A DNA stretch of 64,000 bases from Antedon mediterranea. Lineage: Eukaryota; Animalia; Echinodermata. A program made the translations under genes and the position numbers. How positions within the stretch are numbered: the first letter of the stretch is position 1; each line of letters begins with the position of its first letter. This document shows positions 48,780-62,825 of the stretch, in pieces. The notes beneath the pieces were generated by a model. That model made no database searches, was not told where the DNA came from, and saw nothing but the letters and a program-made list of their open reading frames with translations. The stretch is taken from the NCBI RefSeq assembly GCF_964355755.1, contig NC_092670.1, forward strand, positions 16,912,795 through 16,976,794. The letters run 5' to 3'.

Positions 48780-50912
48780 CTCACGTCACGTGTCGCGCCC
48801 AATCAGACGACAACTTAGATTTAGCCCACGGCGAATTGTTTTTGAATTTTGGTAGGAAAAATAAGATCAATTTTCATTTATATTTTCACAATTTTCACCA
48901 ATTTTAATATGCATTATTGTCTCTAGACTATGTTTCTTATAAAAAATGTATAATAATCTCTTCAGGTTTAACTATAATTAAGCACCCACACTAATCACTT
49001 TTGCACCACTCTCACGAACTAACTCACTTCAGCAGGTAAGGTCACAGTCCAGCACGTCTGCTGGTCTCTGAGGCTTTCAACTAGCCTAGAATAATAAATA
49101 AATAGTATACAGTCATGAATCATAGAAATTATGTTAGGCCTATCCGTTAATAATAATGTTTAAGCCTTTTAAAATATCTTTATACTTTTCTCCATGAATA
49201 AATAGTTTAAAGAGAATTTTATAAATGTATTGGTTGATAACACTAGTTATTTTGACCAGTCTTCCCCCTTACCCCTCCTATTTGAAAGCTGGTTCCCACC
49301 TTCATGTGAAATTAGGCTATCTATCATCTTTGTTTTTGCAGGAAATAAACGCGAATATTTTAATTATCTTGAGTTTATATATTTTACGAAACATGACCTC
49401 CATACATAATTGTAATGCACTAGGCCTAGGCCTGCATTATGACTGTCTAAGCTGCCACATACATATGACCCGCCAACCTTGAGTTGATGTGAAATGTATT
49501 GGTGCTGATGAAAAACCATGTAGGCCTAATACATTGTTTCTGGCTCTACATCCTAAATATCATTCTTAAAAATTATTATTAATCCAAATTTGAAGAAAAC
49601 ATTTTACTCTGAGAAACACCTATTGTAAATTGATTTAACTTGCATAGAAGTGGAAAGGGGCACCTTAAAGGAAGTACATGTGAGAATGTTCAATGATATA
49701 AGTAAGTGGCCCCTAATGTAATTAAGTATTTAAGATTCTAAAGTTGACGTTAATTCATGAATATTCTATACAAGATCGCAATGTAACATAAACCACAAAA
49801 TGACCGACTTGTTTTGAAATCATAGCCCTTGCCCTTAGTTGGAGTAGTAAGAATTTGAAATAAACAGTTATACAAACACTGTTGATCAAATGAAAATCTT
49901 GCAACCATAGTGGACTACTCAAATTTCATGCACCTAATGACTCAACTGTGGTTGCTATGGATGGGACAGGTTGCTATGCAGCTGTTTAGGAGTGGAGATG
50001 ACAGCAGGTAGTTGTTGAGTGGTCTCATGAATATCTACAAAAAAAAGTGAAATAGAATGTGTAGGATAAAAATTTAATAGGTTTTATGTAACAAGAATGT
50101 AATTTACATTCACGTTTCTATTTATAATAAACAATATTTTCAAATGTTTTCCAGCAATATTGATGGATAATGAACCTGTTGCACAACTAAACTTTAGCCT
50201 ACAAATCATGTCTTATTTTGATTTTGAATACTGAATACAGAAATGCTTAATGAAATAAAAATAGAAATTCATCTTAAAGATTGGCAAATAATTAGTACGA
50301 TAAAAAACATATTAAATATAAAATTCACCTCCTTGATGATAAGTTTTTCTTCGGGTGTCTCGAAAACAGAGACCAGAGACCCAGGGTCTCTGTTTTCGAG
50401 AAAATCTCGAAAACAGAGACCCCCACTAAAACGTCTCAATATTACGTTATATAGGGGGTCTCTGTTTTCGAGATCTCGAAAACAGAGACCCCCACTAAAA
50501 CGTCTCAATATTATGTTATATAGGGGGTCTCTGTTTTCGAGATCTCAAAAACAGAGACCCCCTATATAACGTAATATTGAGACGTTTTAGTGGGGGTCTC
50601 TGTTTTCGAGATTTTCTCGAAAACAGAGACCCTGGGTCTCGGGTCTCTGGTCTCTGTTTTCGAGGTCTCTGTTTTCGAGACACCCGTTTTTCTTCTATTC
50701 ATTTTTCTTCATTGGTGCTCTTGACACCTTTTTCTCGTTACCCAAAATTAGTTTACCAAAAAACACATGTAATTTCTAGACATAACCCGAGACATAATAA
50801 CTAAAACTTGTTTTAATATGAAATTTTAAATATTCTATTAAATGTAATTATATTATTTTTCAGTTATCTTTCAGGATGCTGTACAGGACTTCTTTATTAA
50901 ACCATGGTAAGT
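48780..50912 (+). other. Candidate promoter and 5' exons of an unidentified plus-strand gene
   Basis: tcacgtcacgtg and ccaatc at 48781-48804; donor CAG|gtaagg at 49035/49036; short exon about 50864-50906 after ttttcag, ending ACCATG|gtaagt. No downstream coding exon recognised. Confidence 0.35.
50352..50686. mobile_element. Foldback-type palindromic non-autonomous DNA transposon with an 8-bp (possibly 9-bp) TSD
   Basis: CGGGTGTCTCGAAAACAGAGACC...GGTCTCTGTTTTCGAGACACCCG; flanks TTTTTCTT on both sides; interior built of tctcgaaaacagagacc units in both orientations. Confidence 0.85.
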
Positions 50913-51077
50913 AAAAGCATAAATAAACAGGTTCATTTATGAATTGATATCACATCATTGTACAGTACAAATTTAAACACTAGTGAAAACTATAACAATT
51001 GTTTGTTTTATTAAAAGAAAAAGATACATATACCATATACTGTACATGGTTATCAAATCATATTGATTGAAATATAT

Positions 51078-51192
51078 ATTTATACTGGGTAACCTCTTCA
51101 GTCAAAGACTGGTCTCCCAGAGGGCCCAGTTGGTGATCAGTGGCTGTGATGTACTAATACACCGGGGTAACCCCCTACTCGTCTAGAAAGAT
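51078..51192 (-). mobile_element. 3' fragment of a second Deu/Nin-type SINE family
   Basis: Shares caccggggtaaccccctactc with the 9341-9672 SINE but has a different tail. Confidence 0.65.
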
Positions 51193-53331
51193 ATCCAATA
51201 TATTACCATAAAATGGAATAAACAGTTTAAAAACCGCTAAATCTATATTTATTTTTAGAAAAAAAATTAAAAGGTTTTATATAATTTTAAATTATTAATA
51301 ACACTTTTTGTTGTTGCTTTGTAGTTTGTTGTGCTTTGATAATGATGTACAGTGTATTTATCTTTTTCTTGTAATAAAACACACCTAAATTATTTACAGA
51401 TATGGTTTTTCATTTTCAGTTCATTTCAAGAATATTTATTAATTTCAATAGTGGCAAAATAACAATAATATTCATAGTATAATTAAAACAAGTTTCTTGT
51501 CACATGCAAGATTGCAAAGAAAAATTTCATTATCATATCCAATACATTACCATAAAACTGTGATAACTTTATTCAGTTTGCTCTAAAGCCTCTGTCTCAA
51601 TATTACATCAGTAAGTCTGACTTAATCACACGTTAAGAATGGAACATGTCAGAATTGCCGAGTTTAGGATTAATGACTTCTGTTTTGACTATATAAATTG
51701 TAGAGGAAGCTAGTTTTCATATTATGCCTACCACATGTTCTTTTGGTTACTTCATCTCCTTTGAGAGTGGCTATCATATTTGATTGATTATTACCTGAGT
51801 TTTTGAAGGTTGTTTAGGGAGTTCTAGTTTATGATTAATCTAACATAGTTTTTTTTGTTTAATGGTTTTTGGTATTAAAACGCCTTCTGCTGGTGTGATA
51901 CATATACCAGTTGCAGAGGTGTAGAATCCCATGAGACATATGCGTCATGTTTACCCTAGTCTTCTAACCCCTTTTTATAATCATTGAGGTAACATTATGA
52001 TGAGAAAATATCCCAAAGTTCACTCGATTATTATTTTATTTTTACACTGTTAATGCGTCATGTTTGCGTGGTCAATTTACGTTGATTTTAATAATAGAAG
52101 TCATAAACTAGTTATTTTAAATATTAAACATTCCTAAGTTTACAAGGATAGACGACTATGGTTTATGTTATATTCATTCCCAAAGAAACTCTATTTCTAT
52201 GTCGATAGTAGCAGAACTTCTATTAGAGGACACCCAATGGGGTAACGACTATGAGAGCTTAAATCGACCCCGGAACATGAGCTATGCAATGCAATTACCC
52301 AGCATAAGATCACTAAAGTAAATCAAGGGCCTTCCCCCTGCATTACACCACTGGGGAGACCTTCAGGACCTAACAAAGTTTCCCCTTATAAGGCTGTCCT
52401 TGAATAGAGATGTCCCAAAGGAGGGTTTACTGCATTTTTATGTAATTGTAATGTATAAAAACATTTCATGTCAGAAAACCATTTTTATTAACTGATATGT
52501 TTAATTTTTGTATGTAAATTTTGGTAAAACACTAAAATGTTATTGGAGTTACACAAAATTATGGAGTCAAAACACAATTATGGAGTTGTTGTGAAGTTAT
52601 GATAGTTCCTTTTTGAACAATTATGCAATAATGTTATAGACACCTGTGAATATAGGAATTTAACAGTATTCAAATTGATAAAATGAGTATACTGCCCTCT
52701 TGTATTTGTTGTGGTGAGTTGACCTGAAGATATTATATTGCATAAAGTAATAAGTGACCAAACTGAGTTTGGTGTTGAATTCTATGTTGAATGAAATTAG
52801 AGAGATAGCCACCATCACTGACAATTCTTTATGTTTTTTGTAACAAATTGTTCAGACAAAAAGTGATTAAAACTAGACTAGTATTAAAAAGTAATAAAAA
52901 CTCCTTTATTTGTTCAAAATACAGATATACTGGTACTAAAACAGTTCTTAGTTGCCAAATCATTGTTACATTAATAAGTGAGCATTTTTTCGCTTTCATG
53001 CAATACAAAAAATTGCTATTAAGTTGTTTTTTTTAAAGAGGGGGGTTAAAAGGACTAGAATATCCCTTTAAAAAATGTACTTTACTATAATCTCTTAACA
53101 TTTCTATTTCAAAATTGCATAATTTGAAACCTAACTTGTGATCAACATGTGTTACATCTTTGCATTAGTTTTGTGATGTCAATGAAACTAAACTTAAACT
53201 AACAATAACACCCTATTCCTCAGAGATACAAACTTTGTTAGTTTCAGTTCCGCACATCTACTTCATCCATAAAGTTACATAAACAAAAATGTAACAGTTG
53301 TATATTAATATACAGTGTACAATATATTATA

Positions 53332-53662
53332 CAGTAGAATTCCTCTTTTTGGACACCCCTATTTAAGCTTGGTTCCCACTAGAACGTAACGCAAGGACGT
53401 AAACGCAACGCAAGCGTTTTAACCAATGACAAGCGAAGTTATAAACAGTTAGCAATCACAAGCGAATAAGCCATCGCTTGTGATTGGTCAATTCACTTGC
53501 GTTGCGTTACGTCAGTTGTGTTGCGTCGCTAGTGGGAACCACGCTTAAGAGAACACTTTCCAGTGGAATGAATTGCACTATAGCCAACCCATATTCAGGT
53601 GACACTTTGTTTGGACCTGAGGTGTCCCCTTAATGGGGTGGGGGTGGGGATGGGTCTACTGG
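53332..53662. mobile_element. Family-C MITE with a nested full family-A MITE (53366-53545)
   Basis: cagtagaat...ggacacccctat[tta AGCTTGGTTCCC...GGGAACCACGCT taa]...gtgtccccttaat...tctactg. Confidence 0.8.
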
Positions 53663-56600
53663 AATGTGCAATATAATAGTGTACAATATTATATGGTACA
53701 GTTATTGAGCTAATTTTCGACAGCAACAAAACCAAAACATGACCACACCCCATCCATCCACTTCCAAAGTAGAGAGGGGATGGGGTGTGGTGGGGAAGGT
53801 GATTTGCAGTTTTAAAGTGTCTAGACTCTCATACCTGTCTCTAGTGGATTAAATGTGTATGTAATTGATGGTTAAAATCTGGTAGAAGATTACATGATAT
53901 TTCTTGGAAGACCAATAGAAATGAATGAATTCCAGGATGTTTAGTTTGAATATGTCCTGTGATCACCACATAAAAGGATACAGTGGTGTATATAATGGAA
54001 TTTGAGACCTTGATAAATGCCATTAAGTCACTGTTTAAATTATTGCGTACCTGTCAACTCTATGCGTTTCCTGAAGTCTTTAAAATCAATACTTAATCAT
54101 TATGTTGACAATATACCAAATGTAGTTAAATTATTGGCAATGGTATCCTTAAACAAGTGTTGGCAAGATCATATGTGTTTGAAATATTGACTGAGCTCTT
54201 TACAGCTCTATGAGTATGACCAACAAGAAGCTAAGCCCGAATCTGCATTGTGTCACTTTTATCGTCCAACTTTGCCACTCACCAACAGTACAGAGAACAT
54301 CATCAAACCTGTAATTAATTAAATGTCACAAAAATAGGAACCTCAGTCCCCACAGGGATCTGGATATAAGTGCACGGCCCCAGCTAATAAGTTGATCTGG
54401 GCCTCCGTAATTAATTGATAAAAAGTAGGACTTACAATAATGGAAAATACATATTAAATGTTTACTCCTTGATTTCAAATGTGATTTTCTGGGATAACCC
54501 AACCCAATCCATTGTTCATTAAACCCACCTTCAAGTTCATTACATAATATCCATGGACCACAAACTGTATTTACATCATTTTGTCCCAAGGTTACAAGTA
54601 TATGAGTCAAAAGCAATTTACGATGTTTACAACTTGTGGTGTATAACTACTTCAGAATATTTACAACTCATTTTCCTGTTGTTTTAAAAGCTTTACTCAC
54701 AGGTAACTATTTCTATCATGCCTACAGGCAGATCCAGGGAAAACAAAGGGATTGGAGAAGAATGGGGAGTTTAAAACAAAGGGGGGGGGGGGGGGCTGTG
54801 GGGAAGAAAGGCAGGGGAGGGATGGGGAATGCCAGATCCAGGTAGGGGTAAAATAAAGGGAGGGATAGGGGAGGGGCCATGCCAGATCCAGGTAGAGAAA
54901 AACAATAAAGGGAGGAGAGGAGGGCTGTAGGTGGGGATTATGTTGTGAAAAAAAAAGAAAGTAAATGAAGTGCTGCTAACCCTATGTCCTATGACAACTG
55001 TATAAATCCTTTTATCATTTTATCATATTTAATCATTAGCCCTGACAAAGGAAATAGGAAGGAGTTTTCCAAAAACTTAGCATGTCTGCCTGATTTATTT
55101 TATAGTTTTTATTTACATATTTGCTTATCTTATCTGTATCTCCATTTTCAATTAAATTGCCTTTGAATTTAATTTCTTTAACATATACTTAGTATAATAT
55201 TATAACTATAACAGTATTACAAATTCAAATTAATCCTCATCAACAAAATATTTTGTTATTCTTGATGATCTTTGAATGCAATTTTTCTTAAAATCGCAGA
55301 ACCATGTCTCTGTCAACACTTTCATGTTTTAAACTGAAGTTTAAGTTGATTTATTTGCCTTTACAATTCCATAACATGACATACCTAAAAAGCATAGCGT
55401 GTTATCAAGCCAGAAATATAACACTTCTACGGTTCATGCTATCACCTAAGACCCCAAGACATTATGCTATTTTCCCTTAATATTTCACAATTCAACATTC
55501 CAATTTTTGCTTTTTTTCACACCGGAACCAGAAAATGAGAAAATTCTAGGAATATCTAATTTTCAGACATGCATTTTAACTATTATAACTCATTTATACC
55601 AAGGGTACAAATATTTTTAGAATACTGTAATAATAACAGTATTATGGAATTATTATTTTATCCATTTGTATGAATGATATCTCCTCCTTCATACCGGAAC
55701 CAAAAAAAAAAGGAAGTTTATCTGGCGATATCTAAATTTCAGACATGCATTTTAACCATTATAAGTTCATTCATACTGAGGCTACAACTTTGTTTGATAA
55801 TAATAACAGGACTGATTTATTATTTATCCATCTGTATGGACGATGATCTCATCGTTTATGGCATGCCCATAATTTGAAAGAAAAATGAAAAATAATTAAA
55901 TGTCAATTTGTGGTAATTACCATTTAAACCATTTTATTATATTCCTATCAGACATTTTAAATCCTTTAAAGTACTGGATACTATGAAAGGGAAGTGGCCA
56001 AGATGGACATACAATTTAAAGTTATCCTTCTTATTGTAGTGATTTGTTAGGTTGACCTTAACTAGATAGAATATTAACCACACTTTGAGACTAGATAAAT
56101 CCAGTGGTGTGAATCTCAGGGCATTAACTCATCAAAAATATTTCAATCTTTTCAAATGATACAAGCAGATTTAATACTATATCAGATTTAGAATGTAATT
56201 CTTAAAAAAAAAAAAAGTTTAGAAAGTTGGTTTAAAGGTTCTTAGTTCTGGCTATCAATATTTTTGTTTTAGATTGTTAATTTTCCTTAAGATGAATTAT
56301 TGTTCCTTTTGTTTTATGTTATTACCTTAAAATGTCCACATCCAGCAAGACCAATTTGAGGTACCACTTTTCCCAGGTTTTAAACTTTAACTACTACACT
56401 ATGACTCTTTGCCTACTAACAGTCATAAACACTTGACGAGGCAGTAGACAACATTTATTTATGCTTTTATTGATCCTCTTTAAGAGATGTAGAATAGGAC
56501 CTACTATTTTATTTCTTTCATTCATAATTTATATGAAATGTATCTAAAACAGTTTTTAGATGTCAATAAGCTTACAGCATTTTTATTAAAATGATTTTTT

Positions 56601-57379
56601 ACTTATTGTTAAACTAATAAACAATATCATTTATTCAGTAAGAATAATTATTAAGAATTGAAAAATGTGTGTATTTACAGTATTCTAAGTGGCCTACTAC
56701 TAACATTAACGATTGCAGAAATTAAGTGTGCGTGAAAATATCTTTCATTACTTAAAGTCAGTGCACTTAATTAACTTTGAAATCAAGAACAAAATACGCC
56801 AAAGTCAACTTCATGTTTGTTCCACTTGTGTAACTTTCTAAGACATTTTAAATAAAAGTCAGATATAAAAAAACTAAGTAAATATTTTGTTACTTATGCC
56901 CAGAGGTTCTTAAGTAAATAATTCATCAATAAGTACAGTTTAGTAGATGAGTTTTTCAATTTTTTTCTGTGTTAAATTGTAAACAATTTATTTGTATTAA
57001 ATTGCAGTACAGTTTTTTTCCATATCTGACATAAAAGTTAGTGTGTAAATAATGTTACAATTTACATTTTTCTTATTATACATTATATTTATTAATAATA
57101 ATATTGTTGAACATTTAGTTGGAGGAAAAGATTGTTTTGTCTTGTTACCTATACTGTTTACCTTTGTCTAGTCTTGTATGTTTTATTCATTTCCATCTTT
57201 ATTTATGTTTTTTTGTCTGTACTATATTTATTTCATGGATGTACTGCCTCTGTGATGAGTGCCACTGTTTAATACCAAATCAGTAACTAAATAAAACATC
57301 ATATGTTTACTGTTGTCCTCAGTTTAAAAGTACTGCTGTATTTATTATTGCACTAGTCTATGGCATGAATTTAGTTTAA

Positions 57380-57515
57380 AGCTCTGTCTACACGATCAAA
57401 CTTTATAAATCACAAACAAATGTCATTTTCCCATATATGGACATGATGATGTCATATCACTACTACCATATTTGGGCACATCACACTATTTTTGTTTGAT
57501 AGTGTATACAGAGCT
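57380..57515. mobile_element. Family-B MITE
   Basis: agctctgtctacac...gatagtgtatacagagct. Confidence 0.75.
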
Positions 57516-58337
57516 ATTAACTATAGAAGCCTGGTATTCCAATGCACTACCCCTTTAATATTTTTTCTTTTGTAATTAAATTAGAACAGCTTATGAATTG
57601 GCTATGTTTACTTGGTTTATTATTATTCCCTGTAAAGTAATTATATATCAATGTCACTAGAGATTGCATTGAAGATAAAGATTTAATTCTTTATTTCTGT
57701 TGTTAAACTTGATTGTTGATAACTTTTCTTTCAGACAAACAACTTCAACAATTGACGGAGAAAAATCCCAAGTTACATTTAGACGGTGATCTCATCGTTT
57801 AGGTATGCCCATTGATTGCTTTTTACAATTTAAAAAAACAAAGTATTATTCTAAAAAATTAATTATCAAGTCTTTACATTACACAACAGAAATTCAATAT
57901 AATATCTGTCAATTATTTTATTAAATATGTATTTTCTCTCAAAAACAAAAAATGAAGATGAATAAAATTAGACTTTGAATATGCCATTTTGAAAAAATAA
58001 CCAAGTAGACAAAATAAACAGATGAATTTAACTAAGACAATTTTACTATTTTTTGCTTTAAATTACATTTTTTCAGGTAAATAACTTTTTTAAATCACAT
58101 TTTTGGTCAAAGCGAATAAAAATATAATGTGACACAATTAAAAAATATATTATATATTTTTAGGGAGACAATCTTTAATCTTTTGTTGAACTTATGTTTA
58201 TCCATGTACAGGTTTAAGAACAGGAGGGGAAGTGGGGGTTAATTTTTACTTTACCAGACTGTTTTGATTTGTTGCTTTGATTAAGTTCCAAATGTCTTGG
58301 GGAGAAAAAGCTTCCTGTTAGTTGATAGACACCCATA

Positions 58338-59379
58338 GACCCCATTTACACTTCATTGACGATTTCTTAGCCGGCCCGAAGTCGGCCCGACGCCGGCTTT
58401 CTTTTTAGCCCGCAATGTGTTTACACTTACCCAAAAAGCCGGCCTCGGGCCCCTACTATTGTGTTTACACTTGCTCTTGCGGAAGAGTGCTCGATACGAT
58501 TTCGCTACATTCACGTCATATCCGCTCATGTGCGCCCACCAACCCTTAAAAAGTTAATATTAAACGTTGTCGATCTACACTAGGCCTAGGCCTATCGAAA
58601 TTTAGCAAAAAAAGAATCAAATAATGGTATTTAATATTGATCAAAACAATTGTTTTATTGCTTTACTACTAATGTTTAATGTTTTGATAAATCGTGCAAC
58701 GAACCGTAACCAACAGAAATAACAGAGCGTTTTCAGCTTATTTTCGGAGGACAAGTTACTCCGTTAATTCGTAACTCCTCAACGGACAGTTGTATGGACA
58801 AAATTTTTACTGTAAAATGTTCTTTAAAGATTAGCCTACATAACTGTGTGATTGAAAAAAATTAGAAAATTTGTTTTCACTTCTTAAAGGCCATCGAAAA
58901 AAACACCACAGTGTATAAGCATAGGCGCCGCTTGGTGTCCTGAATGCACCAGAAATCCCCTGAAAACGCTATGTTATTTTTGTTGGTTACGCTTCGTTGC
59001 ACGGCATTGTTTGTCATCGATCAAAAAAGATGTCTTCCGTTTCGTGAAAAAGGCGTATACATCTTCACCAATTTAATTTCAATCTTCACCAATTTAATTT
59101 CAATGAAGAATTCCCGTTCATCAACAATAATTTTTGTAAACTTTCAACTATAGTTGACCCAGAACGTTCATTTTATGACTGCAAGTGTTTACACTATACG
59201 AAGTGCCGGCCCGAAGCCCGCAATTGCCGGCCCTAAGCCTACTCTAGACTAGGCTCAAAATTGAGCCGGCTCGAGGCCGGCTCGGTTGTTCCCAGAGTGT
59301 TTACACTTGTGCACTTTTGGCTCGGAGCCGGCCTCGAGCCGGCCTCGGGCTCGCTAAAAGCTGAAGTGTAAATGGGGTC
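58338..59379. mobile_element. About 1-kb PIF/Harbinger-like non-autonomous transposon
   Basis: Perfect 18-bp TIR GACCCCATTTACACTTCA; 3-bp TSD ATA; subterminal gccggc(c/t) and gtttacact repeats; no transposase ORF. Confidence 0.85.
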
Positions 59380-60868
59380 ATACTCTCAAAATTGGTCAGT
59401 TCATGAAACCAGGCCGGTGGTGAGTGTGCAGCCGAGATGCCCATTGCTGGCCAGCCATAGCCCACTATTTTTTTTATAGGTGAGCCTCTATGGCAAGACC
59501 AAACCAAATCATTATAAATGTCTATCCCTCCCAAAAAAACCCTGATTTTATCAGTGTGAATACAAATAAATGCAGTAATTGTGAAATAATTCTGTTTCAC
59601 TTTTCAGTGAAAGAAATCTAATCTCCTCCCTTTCTTTATCACTTCTTATTTTTTATATTGTACTTTAACAATGTGTGAAAGTTATGCTATTTTACATGCA
59701 CTGTTTTTTTTATTAGCATATCTTGTATATGGATCTTAATTCCCAAATGAATTGTGATAATTCATTGAACTTTACTTAAACCATTAAGGATTAAGTACTA
59801 ATCCTAAATTAAAGACTGGTATTAATTGAACTAATGCCAAGCAGATTGAAAATAACAGTATGCATCAAAATAGACTAGGCCTATAGAAAACCATTTCTTT
59901 CTTTAAAAAATCAAACAAAATCAATATTTCTTTTTATTTTCTCATTGATAGTTAATTTACACTAAGACTCAATTCATTTTTTTTGGTGGCCGTTTAATAA
60001 TCATATAAAGTTCTTGATATTTTGGTGGTTATGAATCAGGTACAGTAGGTGTAGTATGTATGTGTCAGTGTGCCTTGACTTTTTATTGTAATTGTTGTTT
60101 ACTTTATCATATTTTTGTTGTTGTGTATATTTCTTATGGATGCACCTTCCATTTGGTCGAGTGCCACTGTAAAAGTGTAAACTCCAAATAAATTATTATT
60201 ATTATTATTATTAATTATACTAAATAATATCCATTTTGGCCCTCCCAACCAACAGTTTTGATATGTTTTCTAATGTGTATTGCCCATCGATGACAAGTTA
60301 ACTTTTAAACCTGCGTTACTATAGTTAAATACAGTATATTGTTGACTGTATCATTATTTAATTTTCTTTTTATTACTTTTAAAATGATAAACAGTCAAAA
60401 TCTCCTTAACATTCCTTACCCATTTACCTAATGTTTGATGTTTTAACTAACGTCATCGTTTTATTTATGGACACATTCACTATCATCTCAAGTGGGTGTA
60501 TGCCATGTTTGTACATACAAACTCATCATTTGTGTACATATATTTATTGTCTTTCCTTTCGATGCTTATGATGTGAAGCACAATGTTGTAGTTTCTCATG
60601 GAGCAATAATTTTGCAACCCACTATTTTTATTACTGTTGTCCGAGGGAACTAATTTAGATATTGCCACCCATGGAGGAAGGCGCAATATTGGTTATATCA
60701 ATATTTGATAGTTTTTTTATAGTTTTTTTTATATGACCAATATTTCGCTTTATGTGCACCCATGTTGGTGCTTTACAAAGATCTCTGATGGATATATGAA
60801 ACAAAGAAGAAGTACATATTTAATGACTAGAAAATAAGGGGGCACAAAGAAAATACATACCGTAGTCT

Positions 60869-61051
60869 CATGGGTGGATCTAGGAAGCTATAGAAGCACA
60901 CACTCAACATCCCCCCCCCCCTCCTACCCGAACACTTTTGAAACTTAAATGAAGTACTTTTTATATCTATTTTTAAATGACTATTAATATTTTGTTAGTG
61001 CTCCCCCCCCCCACCCCCTTCCACCCCCAGAAATTCCTGGATTCGTCCCTT
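60869..61051. mobile_element. Degenerate hAT-like MITE
   Basis: catgggtggatctagg...cctggattcgtccctt imperfect TIRs with internal C tracts. Confidence 0.45.
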
Positions 61052-62825
61052 ACAGTAAATTTACACACATCATACATTTATTTGTTCCCTTTTTATTTTA
61101 ACTGCATACTCCCTTTATATTGTTTTTATATCACACAATTAGGCGCTAGACTCCAAGTTCTCCTCTTTCAAAATTCTTGCTTCTGTCCTGATAACATTTT
61201 ACATTGGTATACTGGTTGGTATATTCAAACTTTTTAGTTAAAAAAAAAAAATTCATCATCATACCACTATACCACATCATAACCTCAGCAACAAATGTAG
61301 GACATGTTGCAACATTATGATTTATTTCACATTCACAACATAAAATTTGGTTGAACGATTAAATATATAATAGTATTATTTCTAAATGAAATATTACATA
61401 TTACAATTGCTTGACACAATGTATATTATTATGATCAAAAATGCTTATCAACAAGTTGTTTTTCAAATATAGTTTATGAAGGTATGTTTTTACTGGTGTC
61501 AAATGATTTAAGTATTTTCTGGAATGCTTAGCACTCACGTAGGTACTTAGTATACACGTAGACCATTTTATATTTAACCTCCATAGGTATGCAACATATA
61601 AATTCAATTTTAGATGTCTCTGCAGTGTCTACAAACATACTCAGAGATACCTTACTTTTCTTTTTTTTTCAGACAATGCCTAGTAATGAATTACTGTTGA
61701 TTATTTCAGTTAGTGCTTTGTGCCGGTTGTTGAGTTGAATTGTTAAGATTTTATAAACTGTAAAAGACTGTTTCATTTGCTATATAGAAACACAAAGGCG
61801 TAATCCTCCACCTCACAATCATGTGTACCGTGCCATTCACTCCTTTCAAATTTTCATTTGTTTAAATAAGAATACGTACAATAACGATAAAGAATAGACT
61901 GCTATAGAAATAGATATCCACTTATTATTCACCTAATACCTCACTGGTCGTTCACCCTAATATTAATATACTAAATCCCATCGTATTGATCATCAATGGT
62001 GTTAGATCATTGCTTTGCTTGGTTGCCAGGGCATAAAAATGCGCATATACATTAAATTCTATTGCTTGAGAACGTCCTACCATTAGAGTGTTGGGTAGGC
62101 TCTATAGTGACTATTTAATAGCATGTAATGTAAATGGGGGAATAACCTGCGACTCGCAGCTTACTGGGCTCAATTGCGCACAGGTGTGGACGACACATAC
62201 CTAAGGGTCCCTTCATGTCGAGTGCTGCCACCAAACGGCGCCCGTTCGGTGGCCCTACCATAATACGGTACAGTCGATGTCGTCGGGGAGGCCACGACCA
62301 ACCTAACTAAATACACTATGCAGACATTAACGCCCGTATTCTTAAACCGGACTTTAGTCGTAGTTCGAGCTAAAACTTTAAAAATGACGTCATTTTAATT
62401 CATAAACCGAACTTCAACTAAATCGCCAACTAATTCAGGCCAACCTCGACTAAATCGAGACGGATTTTGATCGATTTTTTAATTCCTGGAGAGGGCAGGC
62501 TAAATGGTCGACTAAATAGTTTTTAAACGATGTTTATGAAAAACGTAACAGTCATTGAGTTGTTATATTGGCCAGATATTGAAGAATGAAATATCTATTT
62601 TTATATTAGCTTAAATTAAATATACATTGGTATAAGTTATAATAATGAAAATCATCTTTATTTACAACCGTATACAAATTACATTATTTTCTTCGCGCAA
62701 GTCCGACTTGAACTACGTGATGCCATAGCGACAATGGCAGATGCGGAAATTCACCACGCAATGAAATGTTTAGGGGGCCTAGCGCTTTCTTGTCACGCTA
62801 TGAAGTGCGTGGTTCGTAGCGATCA

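Noticed and set aside
50243-50804. ORFs with repeated RDP/GSLFSR motifs
   Set aside because: Translations of the palindromic foldback element.
62245-62310. HDV-like ribozyme on the minus strand (GCC-TCCCCGAC core with a P4-like hairpin)
   Set aside because: P3 is mismatched and the J4/2 segment lacks the catalytic C motif; kept only as part of the structured-repeat finding.
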